Source: Thraustochytrium aureum (Eukaryota). From it: a stretch of 60,279 bases of DNA. The translations under genes were made by a program, and so were the position numbers. Positions 1-11,649 of the stretch are shown here, piece by piece. Location of the stretch: assembly GCA_012862495.1 (NCBI GenBank), contig BLSG01000216.1:375492-435770 (forward strand). Reading direction: 5' to 3'. Each line of letters begins with the position of its first letter. The stretch's first letter is position 1. The notes under the pieces are model-generated. The model searched no databases, was not told the origin of the DNA, and was given only the letters and a program-made list of their open reading frames with translations.

Positions 1-51
1 CGCGCGCGCGCGATCGCAGGAAACTCTTCGCGATCGGGGCCATCCGCCCGG

Positions 52-417
52 CTAGCTCGAGCTGCGCTTGGGTGCATCCTCCTTCGAGTCCGAGCCGCGC
101 AGAACCGACAGGCCGCCGTAAAACCCGTGGCGCTCCTTCTTCTGCTCCTCCTGCTCGGCCACCTTGGCCGCGTCCACCACAATCGTGTGCTTGAATCCGA
201 GCTCGTCAAGGTCCTCCTCTGCCATAAGCCCACGCTGCATGCGGCACTCCAAGTACGCCTTGCTCAGGTCGCGGCAAACGTGATGGTTGCTCCTGTTCGC
301 CTTGAGGCACTCCAAAAACTCTCGCATCGCCGGCTTGCACTCCGCCTTGTGGTCCAGGGGAAAGCTTCCCTTCTCAGGCGGCGTGGGCGCGAACCCCCTC
401 GCCGACCCAAAGGCCAT
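52..417 (-). CDS. COX19: Cytochrome c oxidase assembly factor COX19 (twin CX9C)
   Basis: PTPPEKGSFPLDH..EC-x9-C...C-x9-C-RMQRGLM motif typical of COX19; intact 121-aa ORF. Confidence 0.93.
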   Translation of the reverse strand: MAFGSARGFAPTPPEKGSFPLDHKAECKPAMREFLECLKANRSNHHVCRDLSKAYLECRMQRGLMAEEDLDELGFKHTIVVDAAKVAEQEEQKKERHGFYGGLSVLRGSDSKEDAPKRSSS

Positions 418-808
418 CCACGCGTCCGCGCGACTCGAGCGTCGCCGCGCGAGCCGCTACGCTTCGCGAAATCGACGAAATCGCCCAATCCCGCCGCCCT
501 CCCCCCAAAAAACACGCCGAGCCGCGCCCGCGCAGCGCGTCCTCTCGTGCCGAGTCCTACGCCGCGCCGCGGGTCCTTCCCTGCCGCGCTCGGCGGCCGT
601 GCAGCAGTGCGCGCGCCAGCCGACGTTGCGACTCTGCGCGTCGGACGCTGCTCGATGGAAGGAGACGAGATGACGATGCCAGGCCAGATCCGCCATCCCG
701 GCGACGCCTCGCGCGCGGCGGCAGCGCGTCCTGCGGCGAGACCGCAGAGCGAAAGGGTCGGCGGGACGGTAGAGCGCGGGGCCGGGAGGCCGGGCTGGCG
801 CGGCAGCG

Positions 809-1526
809 ATGGCGGCGCTTCCGCTGTTCAAGATGGGCATGCTCGCGGTGAGGTCGCTGAGCAAGCCGCTCGCGACGCGCGTCAAGACGTTCGTACGTGA
901 GTTTGCCGCGTGCGCGGCAGGCGGGAAGGCGGGAAGGCGGGCGGGTGGATTGCCGGGAGGTGGCGCTGACGGCGGCGCGGCGGCGCGCAGGCCCAAACGC
1001 ACCCGAGGTTTAGGAGGGTTTGCGCCTGGTCGGGCCAAACCTGGCACGTCGTGTAAGTGTGGCTCGGTCTGCAGACGGGCTACGGCGCGCAGGACACGGC
1101 GAACGAGAGGCGCGGACGAGGGGCGTGCAGGCCGCTGAGGCGCTGACGAAGGCCCGCGGTGCGAGCGCAGGGTGAGCAAGATTAATGTGCGACTGCTTGG
1201 GCACAAGATAAGCAAGGTCAAGCCCCTCGGCGAGGCGGACGCCGTGGCTCGCGGCGCCGACTTCTTTGGAGGAATTCTTCATCTACTCTGTGTCGGCTAG
1301 CGTTGTCGTGGTAGAGTACCGTCGAAGCGACCGCGAAAAGGAGCAAAAGGCGCTCGAAAAACTGCAGCGGCAGCGAGTCAAAGAAGAGCGGCAAAAGCGC
1401 CAGATGCAAGCCGTCGATCGCCGCATGGCGGATCTCTGGGAGGAGACAGGGCAGCTGCGCAAGCTTATCGAGGAGCTCAAGAAGCAAAACGAGGCCTCTG
1501 CCCAGCGCCGGTGGTCCTGGTACTGA
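809..1526 (+). CDS. OPA3: OPA3-family mitochondrial protein; exons ~809-892, 991-1052, 1171-1526
   Basis: Spliced reading gives LPLFKMGMLAVRSLSKPLATRVK...HPRFRRVC...VRLLGHKISKVKPLGEADAVARGADF(L)EEFFIYSV...VEYRRS plus a coiled coil. GT-AG introns 893-990 and 1053-1170 with GCTGAC branch-like motifs. One extra T near 1265 (probable sequencing indel). Confidence 0.88.
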
Positions 1527-1632
1527 CCGCCCGGACTTGGTGGAACTTGTGAAGGAGGTACAATCAAAGGCGATCTGGATTTTATTGGCCCTTCGCGGTC
1601 GAGGGCAGAGCTTTTCGCACGCCTTCGTTGAC

Positions 1633-1874
1633 TCAAGCGGCGCTGGGCGGCGGCACGCGCCCGGGGAGCCGCTTGGCGATGGTGTTCATCTTAATGGCGA
1701 GGCCAGTGTCCTTGACGGTGACGCCGCTTGCGTCGTGCGTGGTGAGGCGGACCTCGACCTTGTTGTACACGTTGAACCACTCCGGGTGGTGGTCCACCTT
1801 CTCTGCTTCGAGCGCGACCTGAGACATAAACCCGAACGCAGACACGAAATTGTCAAACATGAACGTCTTGGTGA
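1633..1874 (-). CDS. PCBD: Pterin-4-alpha-carbinolamine dehydratase (5' end in gap)
   Basis: [36 protein letters not shown] signature. Confidence 0.92.
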
Positions 1875-2667
1875 NNNNNNNNNNNNNNNNNNNNNNNNNN
1901 NNNNNNNNNNNNNNNNNNNNNNNNNNNNNNNNNNNNNNNNNNNNNNNNNNNNNNNNNNNNNNNNNNNNNNNNNNNNNNNNNNNNNNNNNNNNNNNNNNNN
2001 NNNNNNNNNNNNNNNNNNNNNNNNNNNNNNNNNNNNNNNNNNNNNNNNNNNNNNNNNNNNNNNNNNNNNNNNNNNNNNNNNNNNNNNNNNNNNNNNNNNN
2101 NNNNNNNNNNNNNNNNNNNNNNNNNNNNNNNNNNNNNNNNNNNNNNNNNNNNNNNNNNNNNNNNNNNNNNNNNNNNNNNNNNNNNNNNNNNNNNNNNNNN
2201 NNNNNNNNNNNNNNNNNNNNNNNNNNNNNNNNNNNNNNNNNNNNNNNNNNNNNNNNNNNNNNNNNNNNNNNNNNNNNNNNNNNNNNNNNNNNNNNNNNNN
2301 NNNNNNNNNNNNNNNNNNNNNNNNNNNNNNNNNNNNNNNNNNNNNNNNNNNNNNNNNNNNNNNNNNNNNNNNNNNNNNNNNNNNNNNNNNNNNNNNNNNN
2401 NNNNNNNNNNNNNNNNNNNNNNNNNNNNNNNNNNNNNNNNNNNNNNNNNNNNNNNNNNNNNNNNNNNNNNNNNNNNNNNNNNNNNNNNNNNNNNNNNNNN
2501 NNNNNNNNNNNNNNNNNNNNNNNNNNNNNNNNNNNNNNNNNNNNNNNNNNNNNNNNNNNNNNNNNNNNNNNNNNNNNNNNNNNNNNNNNNNNNNNNNNNN
2601 NNNNNNNNNNNNNNNNNNNNNNNNNNNNNNNNNNNNNNNNNNNNNNNNNNNNNNNNNNNNNNNNNNN

Positions 2668-5600
2668 ATCCCATCAAGTCCTCGTTGTCCAGCCTTTCGT
2701 CGCCGGCGGGGGTCCCGTCCCGCGACCCGCCGCCGCCCCCTCCACCTGCCAAGAGCACGAGCTCATCGCCGTAGGCGCCGTGCCGGAGCACAGCGCTGTA
2801 GCCGCCGCCGCCCCCCACACGAGAACGTATAGTTGTTGGACATGCCAGGACCCCCGCCGGGGTACCCGCCCTCAGAGACGCGCTGGAACTGGCTGCCGGC
2901 GACGTGGTCTTGCGGCTCGTCGTCGTTTCTGGCGCCGCCACCGGCGCCGACAACTAAAACGAGCTCCTCGCCAGGGTACACCGCTACCTCTGCCTCCACG
3001 CAGGCCCCCCCGCCGCCATTTCCGCCGCGCCGACCTTTGAGCACGCCTGCGCCGCCCCCGGCGCCCCACATGTGCACCACAAGCGACCTGCACTTGCGGG
3101 GAACGCGCCAAGTGTACGTTCCAGCCGTGGTCCAGGTGTGGATGCCCATCTTGCTCAAATGGTCTTGTCGGTGCGCGCCGCGTTTGCGCGCCTCCATCTC
3201 GGCCATGCAGCCGGGCCAGTCGCAGCGGGTGATTCGAAGAGGGCAGGCGTGCTCCTCGTGCTGGCCGCGCTCCCAAACCATGTGCTCCTTGTCCTCGAGG
3301 CCCCCGCGGACCTGCCATCCACACCCGAAGGTGCAGGGCAGCGCAGGAACCGGCCTCTTGACGCAAGCATCTTCAAGGTGGGTCTTCATCTCTTCAAAGA
3401 CAATCAACTCGCCGCACAGGTTGTCGCACGGGACAATGCGCTTCGGGCACTCTTTGGTGCAGTGCGCCTCGCGCAGAATGTCCCATTGCTCGGCGCGGAG
3501 CACGAGGCCACACTTGAACTCGCAGGCAATCTGGCGCTTCTGGCACTTGTCGTTCTGGTGCGCAGCGATCTCGCTCGGCTCGATCCAGCTTTGCAGCCCC
3601 ACGCGCAGAGCACAAACCCCTGGCACATGCGCTCGTCCGCAGCTTCGATGCGCATCAGTAGCCTGCGGAGCAAGCGGCCTTTGGGACCGGCGTTTGCGGC
3701 GACGAGACCGCGCGTGAGGTGCGCCACGGTGCTCTCGCGGCGCTGCTTGGTAGGGTTGATGGGCGCTGCCTCTGGCGCGGGAATGTCCGCAAGGAAGACA
3801 GGCGGCATCGCCCCCTGGGCGACGGAGCGGCCCTCGTTTGGGTCGCTCGCCACGTAGTAGGTGACCTTCACCGAGCCGATCGACTTTTCCTCTGGCTGGC
3901 GAAAGTTGTCGCGCTCCTCCCGCCACTCAAGACCTGTGGCAAAGTCAACCTTGCGGCGCACGACTTGCAGCTTTTTGCGCTCGCGCCCGTTCTCGCGCCC
4001 GACCAGCGCGGCGTATATGAGCATGCCTTGGTCCACGGCCTGCACCTCGCGTGGTCGCTCCCACATACCCTCCAGCGTTTCACAGTTCCAATAGAAGAGT
4101 CCTTGAGTGATGTGCTCGCGCCGCTCCTCCCACGGGCCGAACCGGCGCACGAGCTCGCTTGAGAGGTGCATCGTGGGCCAGTTTTCTTGGACAGCCTGCG
4201 GGCTCACGTCCGTTGGATCAACGTACGCGGACCACTCAAGCGGGCGTTCCCACTGGCACAGGCCATGCTTGGCGTCGACAAAGTAGACGCGGCCGTCTAC
4301 CGACCGCCGCCACTTCTCCCAAAACCCTGCCTTGCAGACCTGCTCGGCGGCGTCGGGCGTGTGCTCTGGATTTGGCCCGCTTGAAGCGGCCTCGGGGCAG
4401 TCCCACTGCGACTCGCCAGTCTCAAAGTTGTGGAAGAACCTCGTTCCGGAGGCGCCGTGTTCGTACACGTCCCAGTGCCCGTAAGTGGCAACACGGCTTG
4501 ACTGCAACTTGAGCTGCGCCCAGCCGTACGTGGTGTGGTCGAGCTCCACAAAGTCGCCCGGCTTGCTCCACTGGCACGTCCCATCCTGGTCGCTGTAAAA
4601 TACTGTCTTGGTGGCCTCGTGGTACAGTTCTGCAAACTGCCCCACTTGCCTCAGCCGGCTCGAGCGCCCCTGCAAGAGACGCCACTGCGCTTGGATGTCG
4701 CCGGACCGCTCTAGAACACGGTACAGCGGATCTGCGGCCAGAGGTTCGAACGCGAGCTCACGCTCCTGCTGGGCTTGGGCCTGACGTGCGGCCTTCTCGG
4801 ACCGCAGCTCATCCAGGAACCCACCGCCGATTTTGGCGAGCTTTCGCCTCGAGCATGGCCACCACTGTGGCGCCGTACTTGTCGGTGATGCGAACCTCGC
4901 TCGAGTGCTCGTCCATCAGGCACTGCATGATGGCCTCGTGCTGCTCACCGATCTCCCCGGCAGGCTCGGCGGCGCACATGAGCGGGGTCCGCCCAACAGT
5001 GTTGCGCGAGTTGACCCAGGAGGTGAGAATGCACTTTTCCAAGATGCTAGCAAACTCGTCTGGGTCGAAGTAATCCTTGTCGGGCTGGGTGTCAAACCTT
5101 GTGAGCGCGCTCTGCGCCAGCTGCGAGCTTGGAGGCGGGAAGAGCATCTTTAGTTTGGGGTCATCGAACTGGACGAAGAGCAGGATCGGGTCCTCTTCCT
5201 CCCCGCCGCCGCGAGCGCTGGTCGCAGGGCGAGCCAAATCGCTGCCTCTCTGTCCATTCTCGCCAGGTGCGCTGGAAAGGCCTTCCCCAACTGCTGCTTC
5301 NNNNNNNNNNNNNNNNNNNNNNNNNNNNNNNNNNNNNNNNNNNNNNNNNNNNNNNNNNNNNNNNNNNNNNNNNNNNNNNNNNNTGAAAACTCGTCCAACG
5401 AGGAGCTCAGCCAGGCCTTGCGAAACACCGGCGTCGAGAAGCGCGCCACCCGCGTGCTAAGCACAAAGTCGAACACGGCCTGAGCTGCTTCCCGAAAAGT
5501 CTCGTTTGTCGAGGCAACTCTGTCCTTGCCTCCCACGAAGCGGCGCAGCCGCTCGTCGTACCAGTCGAGGAGAAACGCGACGAGGTCGACGTGGCCCTGC

Positions 5601-7333
5601 CCTGCTGCAATGTGCAGCGGCGTGTCGCCATACTGGTCACTGTGCAGCACGTCGGCGCCCTTTGAAATTAGCAAAGCCATGAGGTCGCGGCACCCTACGC
5701 TCGCGGCCTGGTGCGCCGCGACGCGGCCGTACCTGTCCGGTGCGTTCAGGCTGGCGCCTTGGTCGGCCAAATATCGAACTGCTTCAATCTGGTTGTGCTT
5801 GATCGCCAGCGAGAGCGCGGAAACTTTGGCCCCGGCCTGCGTCTTGAGCTCGTCCACGACCTGACCACCCGCAATATAGCGTCGCAGCTCGTCCACCTGG
5901 CCCGTTGCAGCGCACCACCAAAAGTCGACCGCGCGCGGGTACACCTTGTCTGAAAATGCGCCTCCCGCATCTTTGGTGAGCAGCTCGGTCAGGAGCGGGT
6001 TGCGGTCAGGGTTGAAGCCGTTCTCCACGAGGCAGCCAAGTACGACCTTGCCGTGGATCCCGCGCTGCATGTGCGCCTGAGCCCAGTGGACCCACTCTGG
6101 GGGCAGCTCGCGGCCTTGAGCGCGTGGCCATAGGCCTGGTTCTTTGTCTTGCAGCTCCCGCATCGAGACGCGCAAGGAGAGCTTTTGCATAAAGAGAAGG
6201 TTCTTGCAGGGATAGAACCCCTTGAGCGTGAGCTTTTCCAGCAGGGCGATGTCGCTCACGCCGCGGTCTAGGTTGTCTTCGACCCACCGCCGCCAGGTCT
6301 CGGGGATGTCCCCTGGTGGGTAGTCGATTCCGGGGAGGAACTCGCGCAGCCTCGTAAGCGCCGTGGTTGCAGCAGCGTACTTTGCGCTCCGCGTGCTGCG
6401 ACCGATGCCCTGGAAGCGGCGCACCTCCTCGCTAATACATACCTTGCCCGCCTTGTCGGTCTCCTTCCAGATCCCTTCAAGCACAGCGCTCATAATAAAC
6501 TGCCCGGGATGCATCGAGTTGGGCTCGACAAAGTCGACGATCTCGTACTTGACGCTCAGTCCGCGCCGCTCGGCCTCCTTCCCGAGGATGGCAAGGGGCG
6601 TGTCTGCCATTTTCGAAAAGAGCGTGCTCAGCTTGGCGAACTTGGAGGCTCCGCCTTTGAACGCGGCGAGCAGCTGCAGGAACTCGCCAAAGTCCAGCAC
6701 GCCGTTATGGTCGGTGTCCATCTCGTCGAGCAGCTCTTCCAGCTGCGCCGTCGTGACCTCCTCTTCCAGCTTTTCGAAGGCGGCGTGCAGCTCGTCCAGG
6801 TCGATCGTCCCCGACCCGTTCGTGTCCAGCTCTTCGAACAGCGCCTGCGCGGCTTCCACTTCCGCTGGCGTGAACGTGGCCTCAAGCTCGACCGGCACTC
6901 TGAACAGCTCCCTGGCCTCGCGCTCCTCCTNNNNNNNNNNNNNNNNNNNNNNNNNNNNNNNNNNNNNNNNNNNNNNNNNNNNNNNNNNNNNNNNNNNNNN
7001 NNNNNNNNNNNNNNNNNNNNNNNNNNNNNNNNNNNNNNNNNNNNNNNNNNNNNNNNNNNNNNNNNNNNNNNNNNNNNNNNNNNNNNNNNNNNNNNNNNNN
7101 NNNNNNNNNNNNNNNNNNNNNNNNNNNNNNNNNNNNNNNNNNNNNNNNNNNNNNNNNNNNNNNNNNNNNNNNNNNNNNNNNNNNNNNNNNNNNNNNNNNN
7201 NNNNNNNNNNNNNNNNNNNNNNNNNNNNNNNNNNNNNNNNNNNNNNNNNNNNNNNNNNNNNNNNNNNNNNNNNNNNNNNNNNNNNNNNNNNNNNNNNNNN
7301 NNNNNNNNNTATTTGGCCTTGCACAAAATCCAT
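2668..7333 (-). CDS. Large multidomain protein: EF-hand pair, dsRBD-like, 2x WxxW..RG helical repeat, ankyrin repeats, 4 WW-like, TRAF-type zinc fingers, glycine-rich domain (gapped, frameshifted, 3' end in gap)
   Basis: DTNGSGTIDLDEL / DTDHNGVLDFGEF; FQGIGRSTRSAKYAAATTAL; YGDTPLHIAA and VGRTPLMCAA; W..Y/F..G.SQW.P repeats; CPKRIVPC..CGE..H..C; WGAGGGAG. Stitched from collinear same-strand ORF pieces; possible start MDFVQGQI at 7333. Confidence 0.72.
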
Positions 7334-7567
7334 CCGTTGAGGTCGGTCGGAGCGAGGAGGGAACAAAGAGAGCTCGAGAGAACGGTTGGGACAGTCCGAC
7401 AGTGAGGGTTGATGGATGCGGATTGCGGCGATGCGAGCGAGCAGCGAGTGCGCCGCCTTGCGAGCAGACAGGCTCGGGGTCGTGGAGGCGGACTTGCGGC
7501 CGGCAGAGCCGCATCGCACAAGCGGCTGGGAGCGTGGCAGGCACATCAGACAGGAAGGCTGGGAAGG

Positions 7568-10093
7568 ATGGCGAGCAAGTACGCGCTGAAGGGGTCGGAG
7601 GTCGAGTCGTGGGAGTCGGGCGGGACGGCCGGCACGCTGCCGAATGAACGCAAGCAGGCGTCGTTCGATGCCGAGAGGATGGCCGAGGTGCTGTACGGCG
7701 GGCCTGACGGGGTCAAACGGCGCAAGTTTATTCTGATGCCGGCGACGAACATGGTGTACCCGGATATCCACGAGTGGTCGCGCGACAAAGCCATGGCGAC
7801 GAGCATCAAGGACTTTATCGAGATCCACAAGGACTTTGTCTTGGAAGGGTACCGGCCGCAGCGTGACGAGGTGTCGTGGATGGGCGAGATGGCGATCAAC
7901 ACGGGCAGTCTGATGCCGCACATGGGACTGTTTCTCCCTACCATCATTGGCCAAGGCAGCCAGGAGCAGGTGATGGCCTGGCTGCCCCGCGCGCTGCAGT
8001 TTGGCATGATCGGGTGCTACGCGCAGACGGAGCTGAGCCATGGGAGCAACATTCGGTCGCTGCGAACGACCGCGACGTACGATGCCACGGCGCAGGAGTT
8101 TGTCCTCAACACCCCAACCCTGGGCGCGACCAAGTGGTGGAACAGCAACATCGGCCGCGTGGCCACGCACGCCGCTGTCTACGCGCAGCTCATCATCGAC
8201 GGCAAAGGTATGGGCTGCACGTGTTTAGGTGCAGGTGCGTGACGAGAACCACGAGCTCCTGGAGGGCGTCGAGGCCGGCGACTGCGGGCCCAAGCTGGGC
8301 GACAACGCCATCGACACGGGCTATTTGCGGCTGAAGAACGTGCGCATCCCGCGCGAGCACTTGTTTGCAAAGCGGCAGCACGTTGAGCCGGACGGCACGT
8401 ACGTCCGGCACGCCAAGACGAGCGACCCAAAGAAGGCCGCGCTGGCGAAGCGCGCGGCCTACCTGACGATGATGCAGGCGCGCTCGGGGATGAGCTCCCT
8501 CGCGGCAGGCAGGCTCTCGATCGCCTGCACTGTGGCCGTGCGCTACAGCCTGGTGCGCCACCAGGGTTTTGCGGACACGAGCGAGGGCCAGAGCTTTCGC
8601 AGCGCCGAGTTCCAGGTGCTCGACTACCAGGTGCAGCGGTACCGCGTCTTCAAGCAGCTCGCTATCTGCTACTGCATGCGGGCCAGCGGGTCGTGGATGA
8701 ACGACGCGGTCAAGCGTCTCTCCGAGGCCGCCAACAGCATGGACAACATGGACTCGAGCACGGAGGACCTCCTTCGCGCCATGCCCGAGACGCACGCCAG
8801 CTCGGCCGGCCTCAAGGCGGTCTGCTGCAAGCTCGCAGCCGATGGGATGGAGGACCTCCGCAAGTGCTGTGGAGGCCACGGGTTTCTGCTGACGTCGGGC
8901 ATCGGCGGCCTCGCCTCCAACTTTGTGTGGCAAGTCAGTGCGGAGGGCGACTTTGTGGTGCTCCTGCTGCAGACTGCGCGCTTCCTCATCAGTCGCGCNN
9001 NNNNNNNNNNNNNNNNNNNNNNNNNNNNNNNNNNNNNNNNNNNNNNNNNNNNNNNNNNNNNNNNNNNNNNNNNNNNNNNNNNNNNNNNNNNNNNNNNNNN
9101 NNNNNNNNNNNNNNNNNNNNNNNNNNNNNNNNNNNNNNNNNNNNNNNNNNNNNNNNNNNNNNNNNNNNNNNNNNNNNNNNNNNNNNNNNNNNNNNNNNNN
9201 NNNNNNNNNNNNNNNNNNNNNNNNNNNNNNNNNNNNNNNNNNNNNNNNNNNNNNNNNNNNNNNNNNNNNNNNNNNNNNNNNNNNNNNNNNNNNNNNNNNN
9301 NNNNNNNNNCATCAAGTCGCGCAAGGACGCGATTGCAGGCCAGCCGCTCGCGGGGCTCGTCTCGTGCCTCGAGCCGCTGCGGCGGCCCGACTTTCGCCCC
9401 GAGTCGACGCTGCCGACGCCGCCGGACACGATCCAGCAGGTCAAGGCGCTGCCGTACCTTTTGGCCATGTTCCAGTTCCGCACGCTGACAACCGTGATGC
9501 GCGTGGGGAGCAAGTTGGACGCCAAGCTTGCCAAGCCGGGCGTTTCGTTCGAGCAGGCGTGGAACCAGTGCGCCGTCGCGCTCAAGGGCGCTGCCGAGAC
9601 GCACATCGCCTACTTTATGCTGCGCAACTTTATTGACGTGATCAAGCGCCAAACCGACGAGCACGTCGTCCCTGTGCTCGAGGACCTCGCCGCGCTCTTT
9701 GCGCTGCAGAGCATGCACGAGGGCGAGCACTGGGTGGGCATCATTTCGCCGCAGCTCCACGACCTCGTTGGCTCGGCCATCGAGCAGATCCTCGATGCGC
9801 TCCGCGTGGACGCGGTTGCGCTCGTGGACGCCTTTCAGATCCCAGATCGCCTCCTCGGCGCGCTTGGTCGCGCTGACGGCAATGTGTACGAGGCGCTCTT
9901 CGACGCTGCGCGCAACTCGTCCCTCAACAGGACTTCGGGTCCGTTCGAGGGCTACGAGGAGGTGTTGGCGCCGCACCTCGACAAGGCCTTTTTGAGCCTG
10001 CGCGGCAAGGCCTGCGAGGAGATCAAGTCGGACGCTGCGCCTTCCTCTTCCGCGGCGGGACGTGCTTCCGGGTCGTCCTCGGCTCGCCTTTGA
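7568..10093 (+). CDS. ACOX: Peroxisomal acyl-CoA oxidase
   Basis: GCYAQTELSHGSN, ATKWW, GDCGPKLG, LRKCCGGHGF, LGRADGNVYE motifs; C-terminal ARL (PTS1-type). Indels near 8208-8230; gap 8999-9309. Confidence 0.95.
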
Positions 10094-10990
10094 GAGTAAG
10101 CCGTCCGCCCACCAGCACGCCGCTCGCTGCCTTCGCCATGTTGGGATGGATGCGCGCGTCCCCTGCGCGAAGAAAAGTCTTCGCAAAGAAAACCGCGTGT
10201 AGCTCCCTCCCAACGAGCGAGAAAGAAAAGAAACGAAAAAGAAACGAAAAAAAAGCAACCAAAAAAGTTTGAAAAAAGTAAAAAAAAAGCAAAACTCGTC
10301 TTTTGCTCGTCTCGGTCTTCTTGTCGAGACGCGCCGCGAATCCCTCAGACACAGGCAGGATTGCCTCGCGGCGCAGGGGCTAGCGCGAAACCTACGCGCC
10401 GCATCACGGCGCCGCCACAGCGCACGGTCCAGGCGGTCCTTCCATCGATGTATCGCCGCGACGCACCGCAAAAAGCCACAGCGATGACCCAGAATAACCC
10501 TCTTGAACGTTGCTCACAGCGCCGTGGGTGTCCTGTCCATGCCCCCACGGCGCGCCTCACACGCGCGCAGGCCCGTCCCAGTCCCCCGCATCCAGGGACC
10601 TCCGCGCGCCCATCCGGAGCAACCCCCAATGCCATCCTCCAGCTCGAATCGCCCGCATAGCGCTCCGCACTGGCCCTGCGCTGCGTTGTCGGACAGAGAC
10701 GGCCGAGCGGCGGGAGAGTTACCCGTGAGGCAGGGAGGAGCGCACCCTGTGCGGGAGGCAAGCAGGCAGGCATGCGGCCAGGCGCTCTTGAGTGCATCCG
10801 GGCACGTCGGTGCAGAAGCGCCTCGACCTCCAGCCAACAGACACGCACTGCGCGGCTCAGCACCAACCAGCGAGAGAACGCGCCAGAGTGGCTCCAGCCA
10901 CTCGGCGAGGAGGGAGAGTATACCGTAAGGGCTCTGGAGAGCTCAAGAGCTAGCAGAGCGAGCGACGTGGCAGTGAGAAGACGGAAGCGG

Positions 10991-11096
10991 ACAGCGCAGC
11001 AAGCACAGCACGGCACAGCAGAGCGCAGCACAGCACAGCGCAGCAGAGCACAGCGCAGCAGAGCACAGCACAGCACAGCAGAGCGCAGCAGAGCAC
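10991..11096. repeat. Imperfect pentanucleotide microsatellite (GCACA/GCAGA/GCGCA)n
   Basis: Visible run of ACAGC/GCAGC/AGAGC units. Confidence 0.85.
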
Positions 11097-11649
11097 GCCG
11101 CCGGCAGATTGGCTGACAGATTGGCCTCGTTTCTTCCCAGGCAGAGTTGCTCGTCGTCGTCGGCCAGTGCAGACAGAGCGTAGAAGAGGCCCAGAAGCGG
11201 AGGAAACCGAGCGAAACGGAGAGGACTTGCAGCAGGAGAGGAAGAAGAGGAAGACGGAGCGGGAGGGAAGNNNNNNNNNNNNNNNNNNNNNNNNNNNNNN
11301 NNNNNNNNNNNNNNNNNNNNNNNNNNNNNNNNNNNNNNNNNNNNNNNNNNNNNNNNNNNNNNNNNNNNNNNNNNNNNNNNNNNNNNNNNNNNNNNNNNNN
11401 NNNNNNNNNNNNNNNNNNNNNNNNNNNNNNNNNNNNNNNNNNNNNNNNNNNNNNNNNNNNNNNNNNNNNNNNNNNNNNNNNNNNNNNNNNNNNNNNNNNN
11501 NNNNNNNNNNNNNNNNNNNNNNNNNNNNNNNNNNNNNNNNNNNNNNNNNNNNNNNNNNNNNNNNNNNNNNNNNNNNNNNNNNNNNNNNNNNNNNNNNNNN
11601 NNNNNNNNNNNNNNNNNNNNNNNNNNNNNNNNNNNNNNNNNNNNNNNNN

